Assembly: GCA_035262765.1 (NCBI GenBank)
Contig: DATFSG010000214.1
Coordinates: 1-32,070 of the forward strand
DNA length: 32,070 bases
Direction: 5' to 3'
DNA from: Gaiellaceae bacterium
GTDB taxonomy: Bacteria; Actinomycetota; Thermoleophilia; Gaiellales; Gaiellaceae
Part shown: positions 15,788 to 24,743 of the stretch, piece after piece
Layout of the letters: each line of letters starts with the position of its first letter
Position numbering within the stretch: position 1 is the stretch's first letter
Program-made: the position numbers and the translations under genes
Notes under the pieces: model-generated
The model's input: only the letters and a program-made list of their open reading frames with translations
What the model was told of the DNA's origin: nothing
Database searches by the model: none

Positions 15788-16731
15788 TCCCGGTACTCCC
15801 GGCCGGTGAGGTTGAGGAAGACGGTCTCGAGACTCGGCGGCAGGCTCGACGCGTCGCGCACGGGCAGGTCGAGCTCGACCGCGGCCTGCACCAGCTCGAC
15901 GAGCACGCCCTCCGAGCGTGCCGCGCGCACACGCACGAGCGAGGTGTCCCGCTCGACCTCTACCGAGCGCACGGCGTCGAGCCGCTCGGCGCGTTCGGCG
16001 AGCGGTGCGGGATCGCCCTCCACGGTGACCGTGATGACCGTCTCCGCGCCGTACTTCCGCTTCAGCTCGGCCGGCGTGTCGACCGCGAGCGCCTTGCCGT
16101 GGTCGATGATCGCGATCCGCGCGCAGAGGACGTCGGCCTCCTCCATGTAGTGCGTCGTGAGCAGCGTCGTCTGGCCCGCGCGGTTGAGGTCCTCGAGGAT
16201 CCGCCAGAGGTTGATCCGCGTCTGCGGGTCGATGCCCGAAGTGGGCTCGTCGAGAAACAGCACGAGCGGCTCATGGACGAGCGCGCGCGCCAACATCAGC
16301 CGCTGCGCGAGGCCGCCCGAGAGGTGGAAAACCATCGAGCCGGCCCGCTCGGTGAGCGAGAACTGCTCGAGCAGCTCGTCGGCGCGCGCCCGAGCGCCGG
16401 CGCGCGGGACGCCGAAGAAGCGGCCGTGGTAGTAGAGGTTCTCCCAGACCGTGAGCGAGCGATCGAGCGTGTTCGCCTGCGAGACGACTCCGATCTGGCG
16501 CTTGACGTCGGGGGCGTGGTTCATCACGTCGAGACCGGAGACGAGCGCACGGCCGCCCGTGGGCACGACGGTCGTCGTCAGCATCCCGATCGTGGTCGAC
16601 TTGCCGGCGCCGTTCGGCCCGAGCAGCCCGAAGAACTCGCCCGGGCGCACCTCGAGGTCGAGCCCGTCGACGGCGACGAGGGATCCGAACGTCTTGCGCA
16701 ATTGCTCGGTCCGGATCGGCGCGTCCCCCAT
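15784..16731 (-). CDS. ABC transporter ATP-binding protein (DrrA/ABC-2 partner type)
   Basis: Walker A GPNGAGKST, signature LSGGLAQR, Walker B LVLFLDEPTSGID, H-loop TTHYMEEA. Confidence 0.9.
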   Translation of the reverse strand: MGDAPIRTEQLRKTFGSLVAVDGLDLEVRPGEFFGLLGPNGAGKSTTIGMLTTTVVPTGGRALVSGLDVMNHAPDVKRQIGVVSQANTLDRSLTVWENLYYHGRFFGVPRAGARARADELLEQFSLTERAGSMVFHLSGGLAQRLMLARALVHEPLVLFLDEPTSGIDPQTRINLWRILEDLNRAGQTTLLTTHYMEEADVLCARIAIIDHGKALAVDTPAELKRKYGAETVITVTVEGDPAPLAERAERLDAVRSVEVERDTSLVRVRAARSEGVLVELVQAAVELDLPVRDASSLPPSLETVFLNLTGREYRE

Positions 16732-16760
16732 CGCCGAGAACGTATCCGTAGCGCTCGGAC

Positions 16761-16766
16761 TACAAT
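16761..16766 (+). promoter_or_regulatory. Candidate -10 element (TACAAT) for tRNA-Tyr
   Basis: CTACAAT ends 11 nt before the first base of the mature tRNA. The same CTACAAT heptamer sits 10 nt before tRNA-Thr (26567-26573). I found no convincing -35. Confidence 0.4.
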
Positions 16767-16777
16767 GCGCCTCCCCC

Positions 16778-16859
16778 GGGGGTGTGCCCGAGCGGCCAAA
16801 GGGAACGGGCTGTAAACCCGTCGGCTCAGCCTACGGAGGTTCGAATCCTCCCGCCCCCA
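16778..16859 (+). tRNA. tRNA-Tyr (anticodon GTA), class II with long variable arm
   Basis: Hand-folded cloverleaf. Acceptor GGGGGTG/CGCCCCC (one G-U pair), anticodon stem ACGGG/CCCGT with loop CTGTAAA. Variable arm GGC-TCA-GCC, T arm GGAGG-TTCGAAT-CCTCC, discriminator A. CCA is not encoded. Confidence 0.9.
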
Positions 16860-16874
16860 CTCTTTCCTTAATGC

Positions 16875-17450
16875 CTACGCGTGCTGGAGCTCCCGCACGC
16901 GGAAGGCGTACACGATGTCCCGCACGCCGCGAATGAGCGCGAATGCGCATACCCAGGCGATGAGAACGACCGCGCTCCGGCCGTAGTCCCCCGCCGCCCA
17001 GAAGCCGAGGAAGAGGAGAATGATGCCGCCGATCAGCTGCAGCCACCAGACCTCGATCTCGTGCCGTGCGGCGATGGACATGATGATGTCGAAGATCCCG
17101 GCGAAGACCAGGAAGAAGCTGAAGACGGCGGCGAGCGCCACGAACGTGTTGCCCGGGTGGATGAACGCGACGACTCCCGCGACGAGGAACGCGACGGCCA
17201 GCACTCCGTTCAGCAGCTTCCACCAGCCAGGCGCGAGGAAGGTCATCACGACCTCCATGACGCCGGCGAAGATGGCGACGAAGCCGAACAGCAGCGAGAC
17301 CGCGTGGACCGACGAGTAGTTGAAGCGGAGCAGGATCAGCCCCACCATCGTCCAGAGCACTCCCGTGATGATGAACAACCACCACGGCGGCAGCGTGCGC
17401 CCGACCGCCCGTTCCGCGGAGCCTTCGATTCTGGCTGCAGCAGAGGACAT
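16875..17450 (-). CDS. HdeD-family (DUF308) membrane protein
   Basis: Repeated DUF308-type helices: WWLFIITGVLWTMVGLILL, LLFGFVAIFAGVMEVV, LLNGVLAVAFLVAGVVAF, FFLVFAGIFDIIMS, LIGGIILLFLGFW. GGGGAGG Shine-Dalgarno lies upstream of ATG 17450. Confidence 0.8.
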   Translation of the reverse strand: MSSAAARIEGSAERAVGRTLPPWWLFIITGVLWTMVGLILLRFNYSSVHAVSLLFGFVAIFAGVMEVVMTFLAPGWWKLLNGVLAVAFLVAGVVAFIHPGNTFVALAAVFSFFLVFAGIFDIIMSIAARHEIEVWWLQLIGGIILLFLGFWAAGDYGRSAVVLIAWVCAFALIRGVRDIVYAFRVRELQHA

Positions 17451-17527
17451 TGCATCGACCTCCCCAGGGTGTGTTTTGACTCCCTCTTACGCAGAATCTC
17501 ACGATCCCGCCGGACGTTGCAAGGCCG

Positions 17528-18877
17528 CTAGCCGGCTGCCACCGAGCGTCGCTCCAGCCGGCCGGACCCGATCAGGTCGCGGTACCAGTAGAAGCTGTCC
17601 TTGGGCACCCGCTCGAGCGTCGGATAGTCGACGTAGACGAGGCCGAACCGCTTCGAGTAGCCGAGCGACCACTCGAAGTTGTCGAGCAGCGACCAGACGA
17701 AGTAGCCGCGCACGGGGACGCCGTCCGCGATCGCGCTCCCGACTGCATCGAGATAGCCGTCGAGGTACGCGATGCGCTCGACGTCGTGGATCTCACCGTC
17801 ATGGGTGCGCACGTCGGCGAATGCTGCGCCGTTCTCGGTCACGTAGATCGACTCGACGCCGTACTCGCGGTGCATCCGCACGAGCGACTCGTGCAACCCG
17901 TCGGGATACACCTCCCAGCCCATGTCGGTCACCTCCCCGCCGGGGGCAGGCATGTCGATCGCGGCGCCGTTCAGGCCGGCGCGAACGACGCGGCGGGAGT
18001 AGTTGTTGACGCCGACGAAGTCGAGCGGGACGGAGATGGTCGCCAGATCGCCGTCGCGCACGGGCGGCGCGTCGGCGGCGAACCGCTCGAGCACGTCCTC
18101 GGGATACGCGCCGCGCAGGAGCGGGTCGAAGAACCAGCGGTTGCGCACGCCGTCCTCCGCCCAGGCGGCGGCGACGTCGGCGGGGTCCTCGCTCGCGGGA
18201 TGGATCGGCCACGGGTCGACGACGATGCCGATCTCGGCTCCCGGCGAGGCGCGCCGGACCGCCTCGACCGCCCAACCGTGCGCGAGCAGCGCGTGGTGCG
18301 ACGCGGCGAGCGCGTCGCGCACGCTGGTCCGCCCGGGCGCGTGCGCGCCGAGCCCGTAGCCGAGCCAGGACGTGCAGAACGGCTCGTTGTGCGTGATCCA
18401 GTCCTTCACGCGGTCGCCGAGCCGCGCCGCCACCACGGCCGCATAGCCGGCGAACGCCTCGGCGGTCGCTCGTTCCGGCCAGCCGCCGGCGTCCTCGAGC
18501 ACCTGGGGCAGATCCCAGTGGAAGAGGTTCACGAACGGCCGGATGCCCGCTTCCAGAAGCGCGTCGACGAGGCGGTCGTAGAAGTCCAGGCCGGCCTGAT
18601 TCGCAGGCCCGGTCGCGGCCGGAACGATGCGCGGCCAGGCGATCGAGAAGCGAAAGGCGTCGATCCCCAGCTCGCCCATGAGCGCGATGTCCTCGGGATA
18701 GCGGTGGTAGAAGTCGCACGCGATCTCGCCGGTCGCGCCGGCGCGAACCTTGCCGGGGGTGGCGCAGAACCGGTCCCAGATGCTCTCGCCGCGCCCGCCC
18801 TCGTGCACCGCTCCTTCGGTCTGGTAGGCGGACGCCGCCGCCCCCCAGACGAAGTCGGACGAGAAGTCGTGGTTCAT
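17528..18877 (-). CDS. Glycoside hydrolase family 1 beta-glucosidase
   Basis: N-terminus is FVWGAAASAYQTEGA. The acid/base motif is ITHNEP and the nucleophile motif is YVTENGAAF. ATG 18877 is preceded by AAGGAG. The ORF-track extension to 19864 is out-of-frame read-through across the upstream ATPase gene. Confidence 0.92.
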   Translation of the reverse strand: MNHDFSSDFVWGAAASAYQTEGAVHEGGRGESIWDRFCATPGKVRAGATGEIACDFYHRYPEDIALMGELGIDAFRFSIAWPRIVPAATGPANQAGLDFYDRLVDALLEAGIRPFVNLFHWDLPQVLEDAGGWPERATAEAFAGYAAVVAARLGDRVKDWITHNEPFCTSWLGYGLGAHAPGRTSVRDALAASHHALLAHGWAVEAVRRASPGAEIGIVVDPWPIHPASEDPADVAAAWAEDGVRNRWFFDPLLRGAYPEDVLERFAADAPPVRDGDLATISVPLDFVGVNNYSRRVVRAGLNGAAIDMPAPGGEVTDMGWEVYPDGLHESLVRMHREYGVESIYVTENGAAFADVRTHDGEIHDVERIAYLDGYLDAVGSAIADGVPVRGYFVWSLLDNFEWSLGYSKRFGLVYVDYPTLERVPKDSFYWYRDLIGSGRLERRSVAAG

Positions 18878-18891
18878 TGGTTTGGCTCCTT

Positions 18892-19758
18892 TCACAGCGC
18901 CGCCAGGTGGCCGCTTTCGATCTCGACGAGGGCCGGCACGTCGGCCGGCTCGGGCAGGGCACGCGCCTGGGCGCCGCCGTTCCACTTCGCGTGCAGCCGC
19001 GGCACGCTCGCGAGAAGCATCTGCGTGTAGGGGTGCTGCGGGTTGCCGAAGACCTTCTCCGTCTCCCCCATCTCGACGATCGACCCGTGCCGCAGGATCA
19101 CGGTCGTGTCGCTGATGTAGTTGCCGAGCGAGAGGTCGTGGGTGATGAAGAGGACGCCGAGGCCTCGCTCCTTCAGATCGGCGAGCAGGTTGAGCACGTC
19201 GATCCGGGTCGAGGCGTCGAGCATGCTGATGATCTCGTCCGCGACGAGGTAGCGGATGTCGAGCAGCAGCGCGCGCGCGATGAGCAGCCGCTGCAGCTGG
19301 CCGCCGCTCAGCTGGTGCGGGTACTTGTGGAGGACGTCCTCCGGGTTGAGCGACACCGACTCGAGGGCGTCCTCGAGCCGTGCCCGCCACTCGTCTCCGC
19401 TCACCTCGGGGAAGAACTCGGCGTGCACCATCTTGAAGATCCGGTCGGCCTTGAAAATCGGGTTGTACGAGCTGAAAGGGTCCTGGAAGACGCCCTGCAC
19501 GTTCCGGTAGTAGTCCTTCAAGGCGCCGCGCTTGAGGCCGGCGATGTCGTCCCCGCCGTACTTGATCGAGCCGGCCGTCGGCTGGAGCAGGCGGAGGATC
19601 ATCCGGCCGATCGTCGACTTGCCGCTGCCGCTCTCGCCGATCAGCGAGAACACCTCTCCCTCGCGCAGCTCGAAGCTCACGTCGCGGACTGCGGTCAACC
19701 TGCCGCGGCCGAAGGAGCCGACCCGGTACGTCTTCGAGACGTTGTCGAGGCGCAGCAT
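18892..19758 (-). CDS. Opp/Dpp-type ABC transporter ATP-binding protein (OppF-like)
   Basis: Walker A GESGSGKST, signature LSGGQLQR, Walker B YLVADEIISMLD. ATG 19758 overlaps the upstream stop (ATGA). Confidence 0.9.
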   Translation of the reverse strand: MLRLDNVSKTYRVGSFGRGRLTAVRDVSFELREGEVFSLIGESGSGKSTIGRMILRLLQPTAGSIKYGGDDIAGLKRGALKDYYRNVQGVFQDPFSSYNPIFKADRIFKMVHAEFFPEVSGDEWRARLEDALESVSLNPEDVLHKYPHQLSGGQLQRLLIARALLLDIRYLVADEIISMLDASTRIDVLNLLADLKERGLGVLFITHDLSLGNYISDTTVILRHGSIVEMGETEKVFGNPQHPYTQMLLASVPRLHAKWNGGAQARALPEPADVPALVEIESGHLAAL

Positions 19759-20747
19759 CAGCGGGCCTCCACCGGAACGGGCTCGGCGACGACCGGAGCC
19801 GGCGTCGCCTCCCAGCACGCGATCCCTCTCCCGCCCTGCTCGACCCAGGGCGGCTCTTCGGCACAGCGCGCGGTCGCGAGGGGGCAGCGATCGCGGAAGC
19901 GGCAGCCGGTGGGCGGATCGAGCAGATGCGGCGGCCGGCCGGGGATCCCGGTCAGCTGCCGGTCCTCGTAGCGCACCCCGACCTCGGGCAGAGAGGAGAC
20001 GAGCAGACGCGTGTACGGGTGGCGGGGATTCGAGACGATCTCCTCCGCCGACGCCTTCTCGGCGAGCTTGCCGGCGTACATGACGAGGATCGTGTCCGCG
20101 ACCTGGTACAGGACGCCGATGTCGTGGGTGACGAAGATCATGCTCTTGACGAGGCCGCGGTCCCTGAACTCGACGAGCGTCTCGGCGACCGCCCGCTGCG
20201 TCGAGACGTCGAGCGCCGAGGTGATCTCGTCCGCGATCAGCAGCGAGGGATCGAGCAGCGTCGAGATCACCATCACGACGCGCTGCTTCATCCCGCCGGA
20301 GAGCTCGATCGGATAGAGGTCGAGCACGCCAGGGTCGAGGCCGACCATCTCGAGCCGCCGCTCGAGCTCCTGGTGCGCGGCTTTCGCGTCGACGCCCCTG
20401 GCGCGGAGCAGCTCGTGGATCATCCGGCCGATCTTGCGGATGGGGTTGAGCGCGCTCATGGCGTACTGCGGCACGATCGAGACGTCGCGGAAGCGGAACT
20501 TGTTCATTGCGGCGTCGTCCCAGATCGGCAGCTCCTTGCCGTCGAGCACGACCTTCCCGCCGACGTGGCGCATGCGGCCGTCGAGCCGGATGAGGCTCTT
20601 CGCCAGGGTCGACTTGCCACAGCCGGACTCGCCGGCGAGCCCCATGATCTCGCCGTCCGCGACGTCGAAGGTGACGCCGTCGAGGGCCTTCACATCGCCG
20701 GCGAGCGTGCGGTAGTAGACGCGCAGGTCTTCGACGTGGAGAGCCAT
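19758..20747 (-). CDS. Opp/Dpp-type ABC transporter ATP-binding protein (OppD-like)
   Basis: Walker A GESGCGKST, signature LSGGMKQR, Walker B LLIADEITSALD. C-terminal oligopeptide-transporter extension with a Cys motif (CRFRDRCPLATARC). ATG 20747 overlaps the permease stop (ATGA). Confidence 0.9.
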   Translation of the reverse strand: MALHVEDLRVYYRTLAGDVKALDGVTFDVADGEIMGLAGESGCGKSTLAKSLIRLDGRMRHVGGKVVLDGKELPIWDDAAMNKFRFRDVSIVPQYAMSALNPIRKIGRMIHELLRARGVDAKAAHQELERRLEMVGLDPGVLDLYPIELSGGMKQRVVMVISTLLDPSLLIADEITSALDVSTQRAVAETLVEFRDRGLVKSMIFVTHDIGVLYQVADTILVMYAGKLAEKASAEEIVSNPRHPYTRLLVSSLPEVGVRYEDRQLTGIPGRPPHLLDPPTGCRFRDRCPLATARCAEEPPWVEQGGRGIACWEATPAPVVAEPVPVEAR

Positions 20748-21679
20748 CACATGTCTCGCAGCTTCGGGTTGAAGACCTCGTCGAGCCCGACGTTCATCAC
20801 GTAGAGCGAGCCGACGAGGGCGGTGATCGCGAGGCCCGGCGGCAGGAACCACCACCAGAGATGCAGCTGCAGGGCGGCGTTCTGCACCGACAGCTGCATC
20901 ATCTGGCCGAGGGAGATCGTGTTCGAGGGCCCGAGCCCGATGAAGTCGAGCGTCGCAGCGATCAGGATCGCGCCTCCGAAGAGGAGGATGAACATCATGA
21001 ACAGGTAGGAGCTCATGTTCGGCGCGATCTCTTTGAAGATGATCTTCCGGCTGCTGCGTCCGCTGAGGCGCGCCATGTCGACGAAGTCGCGCGAGACGAG
21101 CGAGAACGTCTGGGCGCGGAGCGCACGGGCCGCCCAGGGCCACGAGGTGATCCCGATGAAGACGGCCTCCATCAGGACCCCGCGCACCTGGAGATAGGCC
21201 GCGATGACGAGCAGAAGCGCGAACGTCGGGATCACGAGCACGACGTTCGTGAGCATGTTCAGGATCTCGTCGACCCAGCCCGCGCGGTAGCCGGCCGTGA
21301 AGCCGACGACCATGCCGATGAGCGCCGCGATGCCGCCGCCGAGCGCGCCGACGATGAACGCGAGCCGCAGGCCGGTCACGAACTGCGCGAACACGTCCTG
21401 GCCCTGGAGCGTGGTGCCCATCCAGTAGCCGCCCTTCGTCGTCGGGGCGATCGAGAGCTTGCCTCCGTAGTCCAGCGGCGCGTGCTGCGCGATGAACGGG
21501 CCGATGATCGCGAGCAGGAGCAGCCCCGAGACCATCGAGAGGCCGAAGACGAGCTTCTTGTTCCGCAGCGCGAAGTGGAGGGATTCGCGGAAGCCCGACA
21601 TCGGCTGCGCGACCGGCAGCACCTCGACCTGCGACGGATCGGCGGGACTGGCGAGCGGGGCGGTCGGCACGGAGCTCAC
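20747..21679 (-). CDS. Opp/Dpp-type ABC transporter permease (OppC/DppC-like)
   Basis: BPD-transporter permease with the EAA-type loop region (ARLSGRSSRKIIFKEIAPN). Start is GTG 21679, which overlaps the upstream stop (GTGA), or ATG 21601. Confidence 0.85.
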   Translation of the reverse strand: MSSVPTAPLASPADPSQVEVLPVAQPMSGFRESLHFALRNKKLVFGLSMVSGLLLLAIIGPFIAQHAPLDYGGKLSIAPTTKGGYWMGTTLQGQDVFAQFVTGLRLAFIVGALGGGIAALIGMVVGFTAGYRAGWVDEILNMLTNVVLVIPTFALLLVIAAYLQVRGVLMEAVFIGITSWPWAARALRAQTFSLVSRDFVDMARLSGRSSRKIIFKEIAPNMSSYLFMMFILLFGGAILIAATLDFIGLGPSNTISLGQMMQLSVQNAALQLHLWWWFLPPGLAITALVGSLYVMNVGLDEVFNPKLRDM

Positions 21680-22671
21680 GCGCGGCCTCCCTCCATCCCG
21701 ATCCTCGTCCGCGGGTCGACGACCAGATAGACGATGTCGACGACGAAGTTGGCGAGGAGAACGCCGATGATGATGAACAGGAAGATGCCCTGGATCACGA
21801 AGTAGTCCTCGTTCGTGATTGCGCGGTAGATCTGATAGCCGAGCCCCGGGTACGAGAAGACGATCTCGGTCACGAGGGCGCCGCCGAGGATCGCTCCGAG
21901 CGCCAGCGCCAGCCCGGTGACCTGCGGCAACACGGCGTTCCGGAAGGCGTACTTGCGAATCAGGCGATGCGGCGCGCCAAGCGCGCCGAGATAGTGCGCG
22001 TAGTCGGACTCGAGCTCGTAGATGATCATGTTCCGCATCCCGATCGCCCAGCCGCCGAAGGCCACGAGGAAGAGCGACAGGAACGGCAGGAACCAGTGGT
22101 AGGCGAGGTTCGAGATGAACGGCCAATCGAATCCGCGGACGGCGGTCGGGTCGTACGCGAAGCCGACCGGGAAGACGTGCCAGGTGACGGCGAGCACCCA
22201 GATGAGCAGGATCCCGAGCCACATGTAGGGGGTCGCGGTCAGCGCGTAGCCCAGCGGGAGCACGGTGTTGTCGAGCCCCATGTGGCGGGCGGCGAGCGCG
22301 CCGAACTTGTTCCCTGCGTACCAGCTGAGCGCGATCGCCGGGATGAGCAAGGCGAGTGTGTACGGAATCGCGTGGGTGATGATCGACATCACCGGCGTCG
22401 GGAACTGCAGGATGCTGGTCCCGAGATCGCCGTGGAAGAGCGAGACCCAGAAGTACCAGTACTGCTTCCAGAGCGGCAGGTCCAGGTTGAACGCCCGCAT
22501 GTAGTGCGTGTAGACCTGGTGCGCGACCTTGGGATCCTGGATCTGGATCCGGCCCATCAGCGTGTTCACGGGGTTGCCCGGCATCAGGTGCGGGATCGCC
22601 CAGTCGACGGTCACCGCGACCACGAAGGTCAGGGCGTAGATGACCATCTTTCTCAGGAAGTAACGGGTCAC
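21676..22671 (-). CDS. Opp/Dpp-type ABC transporter permease (OppB/DppB-like)
   Basis: N-terminus MTRYFLRKMVIYALTFVVAVTVDWAIPHLMPGNP is typical of OppB/DppB. GTG 22671 is preceded by GGAGGAG. Confidence 0.9.
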   Translation of the reverse strand: MTRYFLRKMVIYALTFVVAVTVDWAIPHLMPGNPVNTLMGRIQIQDPKVAHQVYTHYMRAFNLDLPLWKQYWYFWVSLFHGDLGTSILQFPTPVMSIITHAIPYTLALLIPAIALSWYAGNKFGALAARHMGLDNTVLPLGYALTATPYMWLGILLIWVLAVTWHVFPVGFAYDPTAVRGFDWPFISNLAYHWFLPFLSLFLVAFGGWAIGMRNMIIYELESDYAHYLGALGAPHRLIRKYAFRNAVLPQVTGLALALGAILGGALVTEIVFSYPGLGYQIYRAITNEDYFVIQGIFLFIIIGVLLANFVVDIVYLVVDPRTRIGMEGGRA

Positions 22672-22729
22672 TCGGCTCCTCCGGCGGTCGGCCGCCGCCC
22701 CACCATGGGACGGCGGCCGGCCGAGACGG

Positions 22730-24451
22730 TTACTTCTGCTTCAGGTGTGTGATGACGTCGATCCCCGTCATCTGCAGATAGCCACGCCACATCGCCGGGA
22801 CATAGCGGCGAGAGCTCTTGGCAGACGGCCAGTTCGTCCAGTACTTGGAGGTGAACTGGGCCCATACGCCGTTGTACCAGAGCGGAATCAACGGCAGCTT
22901 CTGCATCAGGATGGTCTGCAGCTTGTCGTTGAGCGCCCGGATCTGCTTCGTGTTGTTCGGCGCGGTGTGGTCGAGCTTCTGCACGAGCTTCCACGCCGTC
23001 GCGTTGCTATAGCGCTCGAAGTTCGCGAACGTCTGGCCCGTCCCGCTCTTGATGACCGGGAGGTGATAGATGCCGTTCCAGTACGTCCACGGGTTGTCGC
23101 TGAGCTGGTAATTGTTGTCGATCACCAGGTCGAAGTTCCCGGTGTTCCGGTCCGACGCCCAGGTGTTGTAGTCCTTCACCTTGACCGTGATCTTGATGCC
23201 GGCCTGCGCCGCCGAGTTCACGATCATGTTGCGGGCGGTCTCCCAGTCCGACCAGCCCTGCGGCACCGACAGGTCGAGATTGATCGCCTGCCCGCCCTTG
23301 GTCTGGAACCAGCCGCCCGAGAGCTTGTACCCGTGCTTCTGGAGCAGCTTCTTGGCCGCGCTCGGCCCGTACTTGAAGCCGTACTTCTTGACCGCGGCCT
23401 TGTCGATGTACTTGTTCCAGGTCGGCAAGAGGCCCGTCGGGCTCGCCGGCCGCACGAGATGTGCGTAGTCCTGGCTCACGACCTGGCCGGTGTTCATCGA
23501 CATCGCCAGCGCCCGGCGGAAGACCGGATCGTTGAGCGGCGCGCGCGTCGTGTTCGGCTCGAGCCAGGCAGTGTTCGCCGACAGCATGTACGGCTTCGAC
23601 GGGTAGTACGTCGAGACCTTGTGCTGTGCGACGAGCTGGTTGACGCCGGGGAGGTAGTTGTTGTTCAGGTCCTCCACGCCGGCCAGCACCGCGTCCAGGC
23701 TGTTCGTGTTGCTCGTGTTGACGAGGTCGATGATGTACTTCGGCTTCGGCGACGGCGAGACGTGCGCCTTGGCGGCCCACCAGCCGTTGTTCTTCTGGTA
23801 GACGACGCGCGTCGTCGGATCGAATCCGCCGGCCGCAACCGTGTACGGGCCGGTTCCGATCGGCACGTTCGGGCTGTACGTCGTCAGCTGGGCGGCGCTC
23901 TTGATCGCACTCGCCTGCACCGGGCTGATCATCGGCAGGTTCCACATCAGGTTCTGCCACTGGATGTAGTTCGGCGTCCCCTTGAAGGTGATGAGAACCG
24001 TGTTGCCGTTGACCTTGATCTGCTTCACGTTCACCCACAGGTTGTTCCAGAAGGCGGTCTTGAAGCGTCCCAAGTTGATGTTGAAGGCGACGTCCTTGCC
24101 CGTGAACGCTTTGCCGTTCGTCCACTTGACGCCCGAACGGACGACGATCTTGTACTTCTTGCCCGACCAACCGGCCGACTTCGCGAGCCAGTCGATGTAC
24201 TTGCCCTTGATCGGGTCGAAGCGGAGCAGCGTCTCGTTGACGAGCCCGACCATGCCGGCGGCGTAGTTGCCGGTGTACGGGTTCATCCCCGCGATGTTCC
24301 CCCACTGTGTGCCACTCGTAATCAGCGTCTGCGAGCGCGGGTAGTTCGCGTAGGGCGCCTTACCGCCACCCGAGGCTGCAGTGCTGAAGACGGCCGCGGC
24401 CACCGCAACCAGCGCGACGCCGAGAACCGTCCCCCTCCAGATGCGTTTCAT
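22730..24451 (-). CDS. ABC transporter substrate-binding protein, family 5 (probable oligosaccharide-binding)
   Basis: Signal peptide MKRIWRGTVLGVALVAVAAAVFSTAASGG. SBP_bac_5-like core: LVNETLLRFDP..GKYIDWLA...KYKIVVRSGVKWTNGKAFTGKDV. Strong Shine-Dalgarno GGGAGGAG. It is the first gene of an operon that ends in a GH1 enzyme. Confidence 0.9.
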   Translation of the reverse strand: MKRIWRGTVLGVALVAVAAAVFSTAASGGGKAPYANYPRSQTLITSGTQWGNIAGMNPYTGNYAAGMVGLVNETLLRFDPIKGKYIDWLAKSAGWSGKKYKIVVRSGVKWTNGKAFTGKDVAFNINLGRFKTAFWNNLWVNVKQIKVNGNTVLITFKGTPNYIQWQNLMWNLPMISPVQASAIKSAAQLTTYSPNVPIGTGPYTVAAGGFDPTTRVVYQKNNGWWAAKAHVSPSPKPKYIIDLVNTSNTNSLDAVLAGVEDLNNNYLPGVNQLVAQHKVSTYYPSKPYMLSANTAWLEPNTTRAPLNDPVFRRALAMSMNTGQVVSQDYAHLVRPASPTGLLPTWNKYIDKAAVKKYGFKYGPSAAKKLLQKHGYKLSGGWFQTKGGQAINLDLSVPQGWSDWETARNMIVNSAAQAGIKITVKVKDYNTWASDRNTGNFDLVIDNNYQLSDNPWTYWNGIYHLPVIKSGTGQTFANFERYSNATAWKLVQKLDHTAPNNTKQIRALNDKLQTILMQKLPLIPLWYNGVWAQFTSKYWTNWPSAKSSRRYVPAMWRGYLQMTGIDVITHLKQK

Positions 24452-24662
24452 TGCGACACTCCTCCCTTACTGAGAAACGAGACCCCGGACACCTCGGCAT
24501 CACGCCGCTGCACCACTCCTTTCGTACGCCGGCGGCCGGATTGCCGGCCCTGACACGGCGGCGCCGGAGGGTCGAGGCGCCACGACAACGCGCTTTCGGC
24601 CCCGGCCGCCGACGATTGTGTTCGCCCGTTGAACGGGCAATCCTGTGACATTTCCGTCATCG

Positions 24663-24700
24663 GTTCCGGAACTTTTACACGACCGCAACGCATCTTGCAA
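24663..24700 (-). promoter_or_regulatory. Candidate sigma-A-type promoter of the sugar operon with an overlapping palindromic operator
   Basis: The minus strand reads TTGCAA (24700-24695), a 17-nt spacer, then TAAAAG (24677-24672). An alternative reading is TGT+AAAAGT as an extended -10. The perfect 10-bp palindrome GTTCCGGAAC (24663-24672) overlaps the -10 and the predicted start site. Confidence 0.35.
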
Positions 24701-24743
24701 CCGTAGTTTCCCCTGATGGTGCATATCCGCTATGGTGCGTACG

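Noticed and set aside
17451-17527. Possible promoter for the HdeD-family gene (TTGCAA at 17517-17522, 18-nt spacer, GATTCT on the minus strand)
   Set aside because: The -10 is weak and the element abuts the stop of the GH1 gene, so read-through from the sugar operon is equally plausible. It is not strong enough to list as a feature.
17528-19864. 778-aa ORF suggesting a fused beta-glucosidase with a long N-terminal extension
   Set aside because: Only 17528-18877 carries GH1 motifs, and it has its own AAGGAG plus ATG. The upstream part is an Arg/Pro-rich alternative frame of the OppF-like ATPase gene, whose Walker motifs are in a different frame.
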